NCBI GenBank assembly: GCA_965221155.1
Contig: OZ244869.1
Coordinates: forward strand, 1,541,308 to 1,605,307
Length of the DNA: 64,000 nucleotides
DNA from: an uncultured Candidatus Binatia bacterium
GTDB taxonomy: Bacteria; Desulfobacterota; Binatia; UBA9968; JAJDTQ01
Direction of reading: 5' to 3'
Shown in pieces: positions 49,328 to 59,499 of this stretch. The translations under genes and the position numbers were made by a program. Every line of letters begins with the position of its first letter. Within the stretch, counting starts at the first letter, position 1. The notes below the pieces were generated by a model that saw only the letters and a program-made list of their open reading frames with translations, was not told where the DNA came from and searched no databases.

Positions 49328-49942
49328 CTAGTGCAACGGTGAGAAGGACGCCGGCACGACGATGGAATTCTCCTGATGGAGCAGCATCTCACGGGTGGCG
49401 GGCGGCCAGTTGGGCAGCTTCATGGCCTCGGCGCGGAGCCGGGTCCGCTCACCCATGTCCTTGTAGGGCCAGATGTGCACCCACTGGTTGAGCGAGCCGT
49501 AGGTGGTGAACCAGCCGGCGGCCAAGGGCGAGATCTTGACCCGGTCCTCGATACAATCCTGCCAGCGTTCGATCAGCGTCGGGATGCTTCCCGGATGCAC
49601 CGTGTAGGTGCGGATCTCGTAGATGTTCCCCATCTCACGGGGTTCCAGCGGCGGGGAAAACGGCGCCGCCTGAAAGACCTTGCTCTCCTGCGTCACCATG
49701 AACTCGCGGACCTTGGGTGGCCAGTGCCCCGTGGCCCGGGCCTCGGCGCCGATGCGGTCCTTCTCCGCAAAGCTCTCATAGGGCCAGATGTGGATGACCT
49801 GGTTCAGCGGCCCCACCTCCGAATGAAAGAACGCCCCCAGCGGGGAGATCTTGGCGCGGTGCTGCAACCCCTCCTCAAAGGCCTTCTCGAAGTCGGGAAT
49901 CTTTCCGGGCTTGAGCGTGTAGGTTCTCATCTCGATGATCAT
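49328..49942 (-). CDS. NIPSNAP family protein (tandem NIPSNAP domains)
   Basis: two repeats of ...(E/I)RTYT(L/V)(K/H)PG...F......R.KISPL...F....G.LNQ.(I/V)HIWPY; start at MIIEMRTY. Confidence 0.7.
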   Translation of the reverse strand: MIIEMRTYTLKPGKIPDFEKAFEEGLQHRAKISPLGAFFHSEVGPLNQVIHIWPYESFAEKDRIGAEARATGHWPPKVREFMVTQESKVFQAAPFSPPLEPREMGNIYEIRTYTVHPGSIPTLIERWQDCIEDRVKISPLAAGWFTTYGSLNQWVHIWPYKDMGERTRLRAEAMKLPNWPPATREMLLHQENSIVVPASFSPLH

Positions 49943-50187
49943 GTGTTTCCTCCTGAGTTCTGCCAGTGAAGTCTGTTCCCTTTCTTTCCGTTTTGGCCGG
50001 CAAATGCAACACCTCATGACACACCTTGTGACGAGCCAGTGGGAGGCTTCAACGGCAGGGATGGAGACCTGCGCCAGAAAGGGGTTGGCTCAAGCGGTTC
50101 GTTGGGCTAATAAACTTTCCTTTCCGAAAAAGCCTCGTCTGCTAGTGTGCGGTTTCTTGCGCAAAGACTACCTCGGAGGACCACTTC

Positions 50188-50874
50188 ATGCTGCGGATAC
50201 GGATCGACATATTGAGCAAGGAAGAAGAGACAGAACTCAAAATGTGGCGAAGGCGGCCCAGTACAGACAGCAGACGCCGATTCCGGGCGGCGCTGATACT
50301 CGACTATGCACGGGGGCTTTCGGTGAAAGAAATCGCCGAGCGCCACCGGACCAGCCAGCGGACGGTATCCAGCCAGCGGACGGTATCCAGATGGCGACGG
50401 CGGTTTGCCGATGAACGACTGGCCGGTTTGTCGGTGAGTCAGGCCGGCAGTGTCCCCGGAAAAGCAGGAGGTCAGTGGACAGGGGGTGCCAAGGCCATCG
50501 TCGGGAAGCTTCGGGAGGCCGATTGGTTGTCGGCCACAACACAGGGGCTGTTGGCCAGCAACTTGGCCAACGACCTGAACGGTTTGTTGCAAGATATGGT
50601 GAAGGGACCGCCTACCATCTATGACAACGCAATGGATGCTGTCTACAACGCGACCCTTCCCCACGCACCTGTAGCCACTGCGTCAATTCGTGCCGACACC
50701 CTGTCCGAACTCGTAAACGAACGCACGGGGGTTTCGGTCGACATGGCCATACGGCTGTCGAAGGCTTTCGGGTCAACGCCCGAGACTTGGCTCGGGATGC
50801 AGATGGCCTACGATTTGTGGCAGGCGCGGGAACGCGCCGATCGAATCGAGGTTGAGAGCTTCGTTACGACCTGA
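50188..50874 (+). pseudogene. chimeric ORF: IS630-family transposase N-terminal HTH fragment fused to a HigA-like antitoxin C-terminus
   Basis: N-terminus LSKEEETELKMWRRRPS..RRRFRAALILDYARGLSVKEIAERHRTSQRTVSRWRRRF (IS630 HTH); C-terminus NERTGVSVDMAIRLSKAFGSTPETWLGMQMAYDLWQARE (HigA pattern); no DDE domain. Confidence 0.45.
50353..50388. repeat. perfect 18-bp tandem duplication inside the chimeric ORF
   Basis: AGCCAGCGGACGGTATCC x2, giving an in-frame SQRTVS duplication. Confidence 0.85.
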
Positions 50875-50932
50875 GCGCCTTGTCGAAGGCCAACAATGGC
50901 GCGTGGTCGTTTCGGACAGAATCACTCTGTCT

Positions 50933-51547
50933 TCAGGCCCGTTTGCTCAGGTCGATGGGGACGGCATAGCGGGGGTCGGCAACCGGCTGACCCGGCGGCG
51001 CCGACTCCAAAAAGGTGAAGCTTTCATAGAAGTCATCCAGGGCGATGAACTTGCCGTTCTGCTCGGCCCATTCCCGCATCCGGCGGTTGCAGCTATGTCG
51101 CCACGAAAGGACCTCAATGCGCCAATTCCGGCGGCGCATACGCTCAAGGTCGGCGTGAAAGCCTACGCCGTCATCAAACCCGGCGCCGTCTCCCGTAAGC
51201 AGAACCGCTATTCCGGGGTCGCCGTTGTAGTCCACCGCATCTCGCAGCATCACGGTTTGCAAGGCTTGGTCCACGCCCTGTTCCCGGCCTTGTAGCGCGC
51301 CTCGCTCCAACAACTGGACGGTGACGCCCTCGTTCTCCAACCGGTTCCAGACGTGCCGAAGTTCCGGCGGGACGGAGCCGACCGCGATTGCGCGCTCAAT
51401 CTCCCGGTTACCGTGAGCCAACTGCAAGAGATTCCGGAAATGGATACGGACCCGGAAGCGAGCTACTTCCCCTTCGCGCTCAATGGCAACCTGCTGTGCG
51501 CTGATGAAGATGTTTGAGTTGTCCCAGTAGATGAAAACCTTGTCCAC
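50933..51547 (-). CDS. NYN-domain (LabA-like) protein
   Basis: 204-aa ORF; VFIYWDNSNIFIS (N-terminal Asp motif) and VLLTGDGAGFDDG. Confidence 0.65.
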   Translation of the reverse strand: MDKVFIYWDNSNIFISAQQVAIEREGEVARFRVRIHFRNLLQLAHGNREIERAIAVGSVPPELRHVWNRLENEGVTVQLLERGALQGREQGVDQALQTVMLRDAVDYNGDPGIAVLLTGDGAGFDDGVGFHADLERMRRRNWRIEVLSWRHSCNRRMREWAEQNGKFIALDDFYESFTFLESAPPGQPVADPRYAVPIDLSKRA

Positions 51548-51629
51548 TCGAAGTTCACCGCCGTTCGAAAAGTAATGAGACAGTCTAGCTAAGGGTGCGT
51601 GTATAGGGCAAGCCGGAAACGCGGGAGGT

Positions 51630-51673
51630 GTAGGTCGGGCATGTCGGATTACGCTTCGCTAATCCGACCTACA
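51630..51673. repeat. REP-like element, family B
   Basis: GTAGGTCGGGCATG-TCGGATTACGCTTCGCTAATCCGA-CCTACA immediately downstream of the uvrA stop. Confidence 0.6.
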
Positions 51674-51701
51674 GGGTACCCTTCGCCACTCCACGTATAC
51701 G

Positions 51702-54700
51702 CTACCCCGCCCCGTTCGCCGTGAGATACTCCCTCAGCGCCCGGGCAGTGTAGGAGCGCTTGCCGTCCTGGGCCACCTTGGACGGGGGGCCGTAGGCGAC
51801 CACGCGGCCGCCCTTGTCGCCGCCTTCGGGGCCGAGGTCTACGAGGTAGTCGGCGTCCTTGATGATCTCGAGGTTGTGCTCGATGGTGATGACGGTGTTG
51901 CCGGCGTCCACCAGCCGGTGGAGGATGTCGATGAGTTTCTCGACGTCGGCGAAGTGGAGGCCGGTGGTGGGTTCGTCCAGGATGTAGAGGGTCTTCCCGC
52001 GGGACTCCTTGCCGAGCTCGTAGGCGAGCTTGATGCGCTGGGCCTCGCCGCCGGACAGGGTGTTGCTGGCCTGTCCCAGGGTGATGTAGCCCATGCCGAT
52101 GTCGTCCAGGACCCTGAGCGGGCGGTAGGCCTTGGGGAAGGGGCGGAAGAACTCCACCGCCTCCTCCACGGTCATCTGCAACACCTCGGCGATGTTCTTG
52201 CCGTTGAACTTCACCGACAGGGTCTCCTCGTTGAAGCGCAGCCCGCCGCACCCGTCGCAGTGCACGAACACGTCGGGCAGGAAGCTCATTTCCTTCTTGA
52301 TCCTGCCCTGGCCGGAGCACTCGTCGCACCGCCCGCCGCTCACGTTGAAGGAGAACCGGCTCGGCGTATACCCGCGCATCCGCGCCTCCGGATGCAGCGC
52401 GTAGATGCGGCGGATCTCGTCGAGGAACCCGACGTAGGAGGCGGGCACGGAGCGCGGCGTCTTGCCGATGGGCGTCTGATCCACCTCCACCGCCCGCTCG
52501 ATGGGTTCCCAGCCGCCAAGGTCCTCGTGGCGGCCCGGACGGCCTGCGTTCTGTCCCAGCCTCGCCTTGAGCCCTTTGAACACCACCTCCTTCACCAGGG
52601 TGCTCTTGCCCGAGCCGGACACGCCGGTGACGCACGTCCACATGCCCAGGGGCAGCCGCACCTTGAGGTTCTTGAGGTTGTTCTCCCGGGCACCGGTCAC
52701 CATCATCCACTCGCTGCTCTTGAGTGCCCGTTCCGGCCAGAGCCGGCGCCGGGAGGTTCCCAGGAACGCCCCGGTGACCGAGGCGGGATTGGCGCGGACC
52801 TCTTCCGGCGTGCCCATGGCCACCACCCGGCCGCCGCGCACCCCGGCGCCGGGCCCGAGGTCCACCAGCACGTCCGCTGCCCGGATGGTGGCCTCGTCGT
52901 GCTCCACCACCAACACGGAGTTGCCCGCCTCCACCAGCCGCCGCAGCGTGGCCAAAAGACGGTTGTTGTCACGCGTGTGCAGCCCGATGGTGGGCTCGTC
53001 GAGGATGTAGCAGACGCCGCGGAGGTTGGAGCCCAGTTGCGCCGCCAGGCGCACCCGCTGGGCCTCGCCGCCGGACAGGGAGTTGGCCCGCCGGTCCAGC
53101 GTCAGGTAGCCCAGGCCCACCTCGTCCAGGAACCGCAGCTTCTGATGTATCTCCTTCTGGGTCTTCTCCAGGACCAGCCGTTCCTTGTCCGCGCTGTGTT
53201 TGAGGAGCCGCTCCTCCAGTGACGCGAAGCGGCCCAGCGCCTCTTTCACCGACAGGGCCGTGATTTGCCAGATGGCCTTGCCGGCGACGCGGACGTTGCG
53301 GGCCCGCGCATTGAGCCGCGCCCCCTCGCAGGCCGGGCACGTGTGCTCGCTCATGAACGAAGCCAGATAGCCGGCCAGGGCGCCGTCGCTCTTGACCCGG
53401 AGCCCGGACAGCGTGCCGAGAAGACCGGCCACCGACGGCCGCGCGCGCCCGTTGAGCACGGCTTCCCGCTGCCTTGCCGGCAGGGCGCCGATGGGTACGT
53501 CGCCGGGAACGTCGAGCTTTTGCTGCAACTCGCCCTGAAACTGGTTCAACCGCCGCTTGAGGGCGGCGCGCCCTTCCGGGGCCTCCGCGCACAACCGGTT
53601 CACTATGTCCGTCAGGCTCAGCCCGGGGTCCGGGATGACGAGATCGGCGTCGAACTCTTCGGATGAACCCACCCCGTGACAGTCCGGGCACGCCCCTTGC
53701 CGGCTGTTGAACGAGAACAGCCGCGGATCCAGGGGCTCGTACCCGACGCCACAGGCCCGGCAGAAGAGGCGCTCGTTGTAGACCTCCTCGGCGCCCTCGG
53801 AGAGCACGTGAATCACACCGTTGCCGAGGCGCAGGCCGTGCCCCAGCACCGTCTCCATGCTCAGGCGTCCGGCCTTTGCGGTGCCCACCACGATGTCGAT
53901 GTCGTGCTCGTGGAAACGCCCGAGTCCCTGCTGGAGTACCGACGCGGTGAGGGCGGTCATGGCCCCGTCGATGCGGGCGCGGCCGTAGCCGAGCCGGCGG
54001 GCTGCCATCATCACGTCCTTGTGATAGCCCTTGCGCCCGCGCACCACCGGGCTCAGCACGGTGATGTCCTTGCCGCGGTACTGGCGCCCCACCCGGTCCA
54101 GGATCCGGCTGCGGGTGAGCGAGGTGATGGCGCCGCCGCACTGGGGGCAGTGCTGCTTGCCCACCTTGGAATACAGCAGGCGCAGGTAGTGGTAGAGCTC
54201 GGTGACGGTGGCCACGGTGGAGTTCCGGCCCCCCTGGCTGAGGCGCTGCTCGATGGCCACGGTGGGCGGTATGCCCGCCAGCACGTCGACGTTTGGCCGG
54301 GCCATGATCTTCATGAACTGCCGCGCGTAGGCGGAGAGGCTGTCGATGTAGCGCCGCTGGCCGTCCGCGTAGATGATGTCGAAGGCCAGGGACGACTTTC
54401 CGGAGCCGCTGAGGCCGGTGACCACCACCAGCCGGTCCCGGGGGATATCGACGGCGATGTCCTTGAGATTGTGCTCTTTGGCGCCGACGATCCGGATGGC
54501 CGCCGGGTCGTTGGACCGTCTCGCCGTGGCCCGGCGCGGGCGTGTCTTGGCCAGGGTCGGTGTGAACGGGGACGACGATCGTTCCAGGTGATCCTTGAGG
54601 TAGCGTCCGGTGTGGGACCGCTCCACCGCCGCCACCTCCGGGGGCGTGCCCGTGGCCACCACCTCGCCGCCGCCGTCGCCGCCCTCGGGGCCGAGGTCGA

Positions 54701-57365
54701 TGATGTGGTCGGCACACTTGATGACCTCGGTGTTGTGCTCGATGACCATCACCGAGTGGCCCTGGTCGATAAGCTCCTGCAGGGCGGAGAGCAGCCGGCG
54801 GATGTCGTGGAAGTGGAGACCGGTAGTGGGCTCGTCGAAGATGAAGAGCGTCCCGGTCTTGGTCGCCCGGGCGATGTGGGAGGCCAGCTTGAGACGCTGG
54901 GATTCCCCGCCGGAAAGGGTGGTGACGGGCTGGCCCAGCCGGAGGTAGTCGAGCCCCACCCGCGCCAGCGGCCGGAGCCCGCGCACGATCTCCGGCTGGT
55001 CCCCGAAGAACTTCATGGCCTCGGCGATGGTGAGGCCGAGCACGTCGTGGATGTTCCTGTTGCGGTAGGTGACCTCCAGGACCTCCTGCCGGTAGCGGGC
55101 GCCGCCGCACTCCGAGCAGGTGGCGAAGACGTCGGAGAGGAACTGCATCTCGATCCTCTCGAAGCCCTCGCCGCGGCAGGACTCGCAACGCCCGCCCTCC
55201 ACGTTGAAGGAGAAGGTGGAGGCCGTGTAACCCCGGAACCGCGACAGGTCCACGCCGGCGAACAGCCGCCGGACGGGGTCGAACGCCTTCATGTAGGTCA
55301 CCGGGTTCGACCGGGGCGTGGTGCCCAGCGGCGACTGGTCCACGAGGATCACCTCGGGGACGCGGTCGACGCCGCGAATCTCGTCGCAGTCCGTCAGGGT
55401 CGCCAGCGGCGAGGCCTTGAGGCGACGGATGTTCCGGGCGATGACCTCGTCCACCAGGCTCGACTTGCCCGACCCGGACACGCCGGTGACGCACACCAGC
55501 CGGCCCAGGGGGATACTCACGTCGATGTGCTTGAGGTTGTTGGCGTGGGCGCCGCGTATCTCCAGGGTGCGCCCCTGTATCCAGGGCCGGTAACGGACCG
55601 GCCGCGGGATGACCTTGCGCTGGGTCAGGTAGTCCGCGGTGAGAGAGGTCTGGCTTTCCAGCAGCTCGTCATAGGAGCCGGCGAACACCACCTCGCCGCC
55701 GTGTTCACCCGCCCGAGGGCCCAGGTCGATGACGTAGTCGCTCTCCTTGATGATCTCCGGGTCGTGTTCCACCACCACCACGGTATTGTTGTTGGATCGG
55801 AGGCGGTGGAGGATCTCCACCAGGCGGTGGCTGTCCCGCGGATGCAGGCCGATGGAGGGCTCGTCCAGCACGTACAGGGTATTCACCAGGGACGAGCCGA
55901 TGGCGGTGGTCAGGTCCACCCGCTCGAGCTCGCCCCCGGACAGCGTCCGGGACTGGCGGTCGAGGGTCAGGTACTCCAGCCCCACGCCCATGAGATAGTC
56001 CAGGCGGCGGCGGATCTCGTGGAGCACCAGGCTGGCGACCTGATCGTCGCTCGAGTCGAGTTCCAGGGACTGAAAGTAGGCATGGGCTTCGGCTACGCTC
56101 ATGCGGCTGACGTCCGCGATGTTGTGCCCGGCGATCCGGAAGTTCAGGCCCTCGGGCTTGAGCCGGGTCCCCTGGCAATCGGTGCAGGTCACGTAACGCC
56201 GGTAGCGGGCCAGGAACACGCGGACGTGCATCTTGTAGCTCTTCCGCTCCAGCCACTGGAACCAGCCGCGGATTCCGTAATACTTCCCGTCCTTCCAGCT
56301 TCCTTCGCCGTCGATGATCAGCCGGCGGTCCTCTTCGTCCAGCTCGGCGAAGGGGCGGTCCAGCGGGATGCCCCTGCGCCCGCAGAACTTCTTGAGCTCC
56401 CGCACCTCCCAGCGCGCGACCCGGGTGGTCCATGGCTTGATAACGCCGTCGGCGATGGACTTGGACGGGTCCGGAATCACCAGGTCGAGGTCGAGGTCGA
56501 TGGAGCGGCCGAATCCGTGGCAGGTCTCGCAGGCCCCCAGCGGGCTGTTGAAGGAGAAGAGATTGGGCTGCGGCTCGGCGTAGGACAGGCCGCAGGCGGA
56601 GCAGTGGAGGCGGTTGCTGAAGCCCTCCCGGCGCCAGCCGTCCTCCACGTCGTGGAGGTCCAACCGCCCCTTGCCGAACTGAAAGGCCTGCTCCAGGGAG
56701 TCCGTGACCCGCTTACGTGTGGACTTGCGGTACGCGAAACGGTCGACCACGATGTCGGCGACTTCCCCGGGCGGGGCGTCGAGCGATTCCAGTTCTACCA
56801 GGCCGCGGTCCCGCAGGAGCCGGTGGAAACCCGCCTGCAGCAGTCCTCCCTTGACGTCTTCCCAGGGCAGCGACGGCGGCACGGACACCGGAAACGTCAG
56901 CACCCAGCGCACCCCCTCGCCCCGGGCCTGGAGCTGTCTCACGACGGACGGGGCGCTGTCCTTGGCGATGACCTTGTCGCACCCCGAGCAGTGGAGGACG
57001 CCGATCTTGGCGAACAAGAGCTTCAGGTGGTCGTACAGCTCGGTCATGGTGCCGACCGTCGACCGGGAGGTCTTGACCGGGCGGGTCTGGTCGATGGCGA
57101 TGGTGGGCGGAATGTTCTCGATGGAGTCGACGTCCGGCTTCTCCATGCGATCGAGAAACTGCCGGGCGTAGGCCGAGAAGCTCTCGACGTACCGGCGCTG
57201 ACCTTCCGCGTAAAGAATGTCGAAGGCGACGGTGGACTTGCCCGACCCGCTGACGCCGGTCACCACCGTCAAAGCGTTGAGGGGAATCTGGAGATCGAGG
57301 TCCTTGAGATTATTCTGCTTGGCGCCGCGGACATGTATCCAGCCCTGATCCATGGAACCAGGCAT
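51702..57365 (-). CDS. uvrA: excinuclease ABC subunit A, fused tandem UvrA-UvrA (1887 aa)
   Basis: two complete UvrA units (~940 aa each), each with two ABC modules (GVSGSGKST / GVSGSGKSS Walker A pairs; LSGGE signatures) and three zinc modules; joined by a ~30-aa linker ([29 protein letters not shown]). Confidence 0.9.
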   Translation of the reverse strand: MPGSMDQGWIHVRGAKQNNLKDLDLQIPLNALTVVTGVSGSGKSTVAFDILYAEGQRRYVESFSAYARQFLDRMEKPDVDSIENIPPTIAIDQTRPVKTSRSTVGTMTELYDHLKLLFAKIGVLHCSGCDKVIAKDSAPSVVRQLQARGEGVRWVLTFPVSVPPSLPWEDVKGGLLQAGFHRLLRDRGLVELESLDAPPGEVADIVVDRFAYRKSTRKRVTDSLEQAFQFGKGRLDLHDVEDGWRREGFSNRLHCSACGLSYAEPQPNLFSFNSPLGACETCHGFGRSIDLDLDLVIPDPSKSIADGVIKPWTTRVARWEVRELKKFCGRRGIPLDRPFAELDEEDRRLIIDGEGSWKDGKYYGIRGWFQWLERKSYKMHVRVFLARYRRYVTCTDCQGTRLKPEGLNFRIAGHNIADVSRMSVAEAHAYFQSLELDSSDDQVASLVLHEIRRRLDYLMGVGLEYLTLDRQSRTLSGGELERVDLTTAIGSSLVNTLYVLDEPSIGLHPRDSHRLVEILHRLRSNNNTVVVVEHDPEIIKESDYVIDLGPRAGEHGGEVVFAGSYDELLESQTSLTADYLTQRKVIPRPVRYRPWIQGRTLEIRGAHANNLKHIDVSIPLGRLVCVTGVSGSGKSSLVDEVIARNIRRLKASPLATLTDCDEIRGVDRVPEVILVDQSPLGTTPRSNPVTYMKAFDPVRRLFAGVDLSRFRGYTASTFSFNVEGGRCESCRGEGFERIEMQFLSDVFATCSECGGARYRQEVLEVTYRNRNIHDVLGLTIAEAMKFFGDQPEIVRGLRPLARVGLDYLRLGQPVTTLSGGESQRLKLASHIARATKTGTLFIFDEPTTGLHFHDIRRLLSALQELIDQGHSVMVIEHNTEVIKCADHIIDLGPEGGDGGGEVVATGTPPEVAAVERSHTGRYLKDHLERSSSPFTPTLAKTRPRRATARRSNDPAAIRIVGAKEHNLKDIAVDIPRDRLVVVTGLSGSGKSSLAFDIIYADGQRRYIDSLSAYARQFMKIMARPNVDVLAGIPPTVAIEQRLSQGGRNSTVATVTELYHYLRLLYSKVGKQHCPQCGGAITSLTRSRILDRVGRQYRGKDITVLSPVVRGRKGYHKDVMMAARRLGYGRARIDGAMTALTASVLQQGLGRFHEHDIDIVVGTAKAGRLSMETVLGHGLRLGNGVIHVLSEGAEEVYNERLFCRACGVGYEPLDPRLFSFNSRQGACPDCHGVGSSEEFDADLVIPDPGLSLTDIVNRLCAEAPEGRAALKRRLNQFQGELQQKLDVPGDVPIGALPARQREAVLNGRARPSVAGLLGTLSGLRVKSDGALAGYLASFMSEHTCPACEGARLNARARNVRVAGKAIWQITALSVKEALGRFASLEERLLKHSADKERLVLEKTQKEIHQKLRFLDEVGLGYLTLDRRANSLSGGEAQRVRLAAQLGSNLRGVCYILDEPTIGLHTRDNNRLLATLRRLVEAGNSVLVVEHDEATIRAADVLVDLGPGAGVRGGRVVAMGTPEEVRANPASVTGAFLGTSRRRLWPERALKSSEWMMVTGARENNLKNLKVRLPLGMWTCVTGVSGSGKSTLVKEVVFKGLKARLGQNAGRPGRHEDLGGWEPIERAVEVDQTPIGKTPRSVPASYVGFLDEIRRIYALHPEARMRGYTPSRFSFNVSGGRCDECSGQGRIKKEMSFLPDVFVHCDGCGGLRFNEETLSVKFNGKNIAEVLQMTVEEAVEFFRPFPKAYRPLRVLDDIGMGYITLGQASNTLSGGEAQRIKLAYELGKESRGKTLYILDEPTTGLHFADVEKLIDILHRLVDAGNTVITIEHNLEIIKDADYLVDLGPEGGDKGGRVVAYGPPSKVAQDGKRSYTARALREYLTANGAG

Positions 57366-57417
57366 CAGGGAAACCGTGATGGCTGGCCACCACGCGAAAT
57401 GGAAATCGTACGCCGGA

Positions 57418-57471
57418 TGTAGGGGCGGGTTTCAAACCCGCCCGTGCCCGCATCGCGCTGCCGGCCCATAC
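57418..57471. repeat. REP-like element, family A, extended form
   Basis: TGTAGGGGCGGGTTTCAAACCCGCCCGTGCCCGCATCGCGCTGCCGGCCCATAC; 52 bp upstream of the uvrA start. Confidence 0.75.
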
Positions 57472-57476
57472 GTCTG

Positions 57477-57776
57477 CTAACCGATGCCGAGCTTTTCCCG
57501 CGCTTCCTCGCTGATTCGGCTGGCGTCCCAGGGCGGATCCCAGACCAGATCCACGTTGGCTTCCTTGACGCCGGGAATCTCCATGATCAGGGACTGCGCG
57601 TTGGATGCGATCATGCCGCCCATGCCGCATCCCGGCGCGGTCAGGGTCATCTTGACCGCCACGGTGTCGTCCTCGACCTCGACGTCGTACACCAGGCCGA
57701 GGTCCACGATGTTCACCGGGATCTCGGGATCGTAACACTCCTGCAAGGCCTCATAGACCTGTTCCTTGGTAATCAT
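57477..57776 (-). CDS. DUF59/MIP18-family Fe-S cluster assembly protein (SufT-like)
   Basis: (EQVYEALQECYDPEIPVNIVDLGLVYDVEV...TLTAPGCG); start at MITKEQ. Confidence 0.65.
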   Translation of the reverse strand: MITKEQVYEALQECYDPEIPVNIVDLGLVYDVEVEDDTVAVKMTLTAPGCGMGGMIASNAQSLIMEIPGVKEANVDLVWDPPWDASRISEEAREKLGIG

Positions 57777-57814
57777 TGTTCCTCCTGTAGTGTCCTGTCT
57801 CGTGAGCCAGGACA

Positions 57815-58123
57815 CTAACTCTTCTCACACTCCTGGCACGGACACAACGAGCGCAGATAGTCGAAGGTATAGATCCCGGTCATGTGCCCGTCGCTCCAAC
57901 GGAAACAGACGGCGTAGTTGCCTACCGGTTCGATGGTGTCGAGACCCAAGTTCGGCACTTCCACGAAACGCTTCTCGATGGCGGCTTCATGCCCCTGGCA
58001 AAGCGCGCAGGGGCAGTAACCCCTCAGGTGCTCCTTGGGATACTCGCCGGCGTGCCCGTCGTCCCAGGTGATGCGGACGATGCCCTGGGCCTTGACGTGA
58101 TTGATCTCTACGGGAACAGCCAC
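57815..58123 (-). CDS. DUF971 family protein
   Basis: (GIVRITWDDGH...YCPCALC...CPCQEC) DUF971 pattern; GTG start after GGCAGGA. Confidence 0.6.
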   Translation of the reverse strand: MAVPVEINHVKAQGIVRITWDDGHAGEYPKEHLRGYCPCALCQGHEAAIEKRFVEVPNLGLDTIEPVGNYAVCFRWSDGHMTGIYTFDYLRSLCPCQECEKS

Positions 58124-58137
58124 GAACGTCCTGCCGG

Positions 58138-59235
58138 TCAGCTCGTGACGATCTTGAGGCCCGGCGCCTTGTCGGCCGCCTCGGACGCGATGGAAAGCTG
58201 GCCGGCCAGCCGCGCGGCCATGTCGAGGAACGCCTGACCGGCGGGGGAGTCGGGTTCCCGCGCCAGGATCGGCGTGCCCTTGTCGCCCCACTCGCGAATC
58301 GCGGAGACCATGGGGATCTCACCGAGAAAGGGCACCCCGAAGCTATCGGCGGCCCGTTTGGCCCCGCCCCGGGAAAAGATCTCGTGCTGCTTGCCGCATC
58401 CGTCGCACACGAAGTAGCTCATGTTCTCCACCATCCCGACGATGGGGATCTGGACCTTGTCGAACATGGACTTGGCCCGCACCACGTCGGCCAGAGCCAC
58501 GTCCTGCGGCGTCGCCACCAGCACCGCGCCGCTGCACTTGAGCTGCTGCGAGAAGGTGATCTGCACGTCCCCGGTGCCCGGCGGCATGTCCACCACCAGG
58601 TAGTCCAACTCGCCCCACTGCACGTCGGACATGAGCTGCTGCAACGCCTTGCCGAGCATGGGACCGCGCCAGATCACCGCCTGGTCGGGCTCGAGGAAAA
58701 ACCCGATGGACATCACCGGAAGGCCGTGGGCGATGGGCGGCGCCAGTTTGAAGCCGCCCTCCACTTCCACCTTGGCCGGCTCTTCCCTGACGCCCATGAG
58801 AATAGGCACCGACGGCCCGTAGATGTCCGCGTCTAGCAGTCCCACCGAGGCGCCGTGCATCTTGAGCGCCACCGCGAGGTTGGCCGCCACCGTGGACTTG
58901 CCCACGCCGCCCTTGCCGGACGCCACCAGCACGATGTTCTTGACGCTCGGCAAGAGGTCCGTGGTGCCCGCGCCGGCCTTGCTGCCGCGCACCTGGGCGC
59001 CGAACTCCAGAGCCAGCTCCGAGACCCCCAGGGGCGCCAGCGCCCGCTCCACGTCGGCCTTGATCTGGTCCTTGAGAGGGCACGCCGGCGTCGTCAGCTC
59101 CACGGTCAGCGACACCTTGCCGCCCGATACCGCCAAGTCCTTCACCATGCCCAGGGTGACGATGTCCTTGTGGATCTCGGGATCCTGCACGGTCTTCAAG
59201 GCTTCCATAACGGACTCTTGCGTGGCGCTGGACAT
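58138..59235 (-). CDS. mrp: Fe-S cluster carrier ATPase Mrp/ApbC/NBP35 family with N-terminal DUF59
   Basis: deviant Walker A GKGGVGKST, CxxC motif (FVCDGCGK), N-terminal MIP18 domain; AAGAGGAG RBS before ATG at 59235. Confidence 0.85.
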   Translation of the reverse strand: MSSATQESVMEALKTVQDPEIHKDIVTLGMVKDLAVSGGKVSLTVELTTPACPLKDQIKADVERALAPLGVSELALEFGAQVRGSKAGAGTTDLLPSVKNIVLVASGKGGVGKSTVAANLAVALKMHGASVGLLDADIYGPSVPILMGVREEPAKVEVEGGFKLAPPIAHGLPVMSIGFFLEPDQAVIWRGPMLGKALQQLMSDVQWGELDYLVVDMPPGTGDVQITFSQQLKCSGAVLVATPQDVALADVVRAKSMFDKVQIPIVGMVENMSYFVCDGCGKQHEIFSRGGAKRAADSFGVPFLGEIPMVSAIREWGDKGTPILAREPDSPAGQAFLDMAARLAGQLSIASEAADKAPGLKIVTS

Positions 59236-59499
59236 GTCGCTCCTCTTCTCCCCGCCGGCGTTGCTCTCCCCTTCGGCCTTGCGCCGCCAGAACGGCGTTC
59301 CAAAGACTGCCATGATGACCTCTCTCGCGCTGTTGGGCTGCGAGGCTCCCGCTCGCTCCAAAGGGACTTGCCGGCTCGGGACGGCTGAACAATATCCGGC
59401 TTGGGACTATATAGGACTATAGACTTGCGTGATCTCCTTTTCAAACGTGCAATGGGTGTGGGCACGGGGTGATGCGCACCGCGCCGGGAATCCGCCGCT

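Noticed and set aside
51702-57365. Possibility that the 1887-aa UvrA is an assembly artefact (collapsed or tandem-duplicated uvrA)
   Set aside because: The two halves differ at most positions at the protein level (for example Walker A contexts [17 protein letters not shown] versus [17 protein letters not shown], and different zinc-finger spacings) and are joined in-frame, so this is not a recent or artefactual duplication. Read-level confirmation is still advisable.
53676-57422. 1248-aa plus-strand ORF opposite uvrA, and similar long antisense ORFs (17257..18693 plus, 17561..18934 minus, 20873..21928 minus, 21274..22227 plus, 31298..32476 minus, 31963..33321 minus, 33422..34714 minus, 40934..42619 plus, 43229..44452 minus, 58343..59392 minus, 8002..9039 plus)
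   Set aside because: All overlap strongly supported genes on the other strand or frame, and their translations are Arg/Gly/Pro/Ala-rich low complexity without recognisable motifs. They are stop-codon-poor antisense frames of GC-rich coding DNA.
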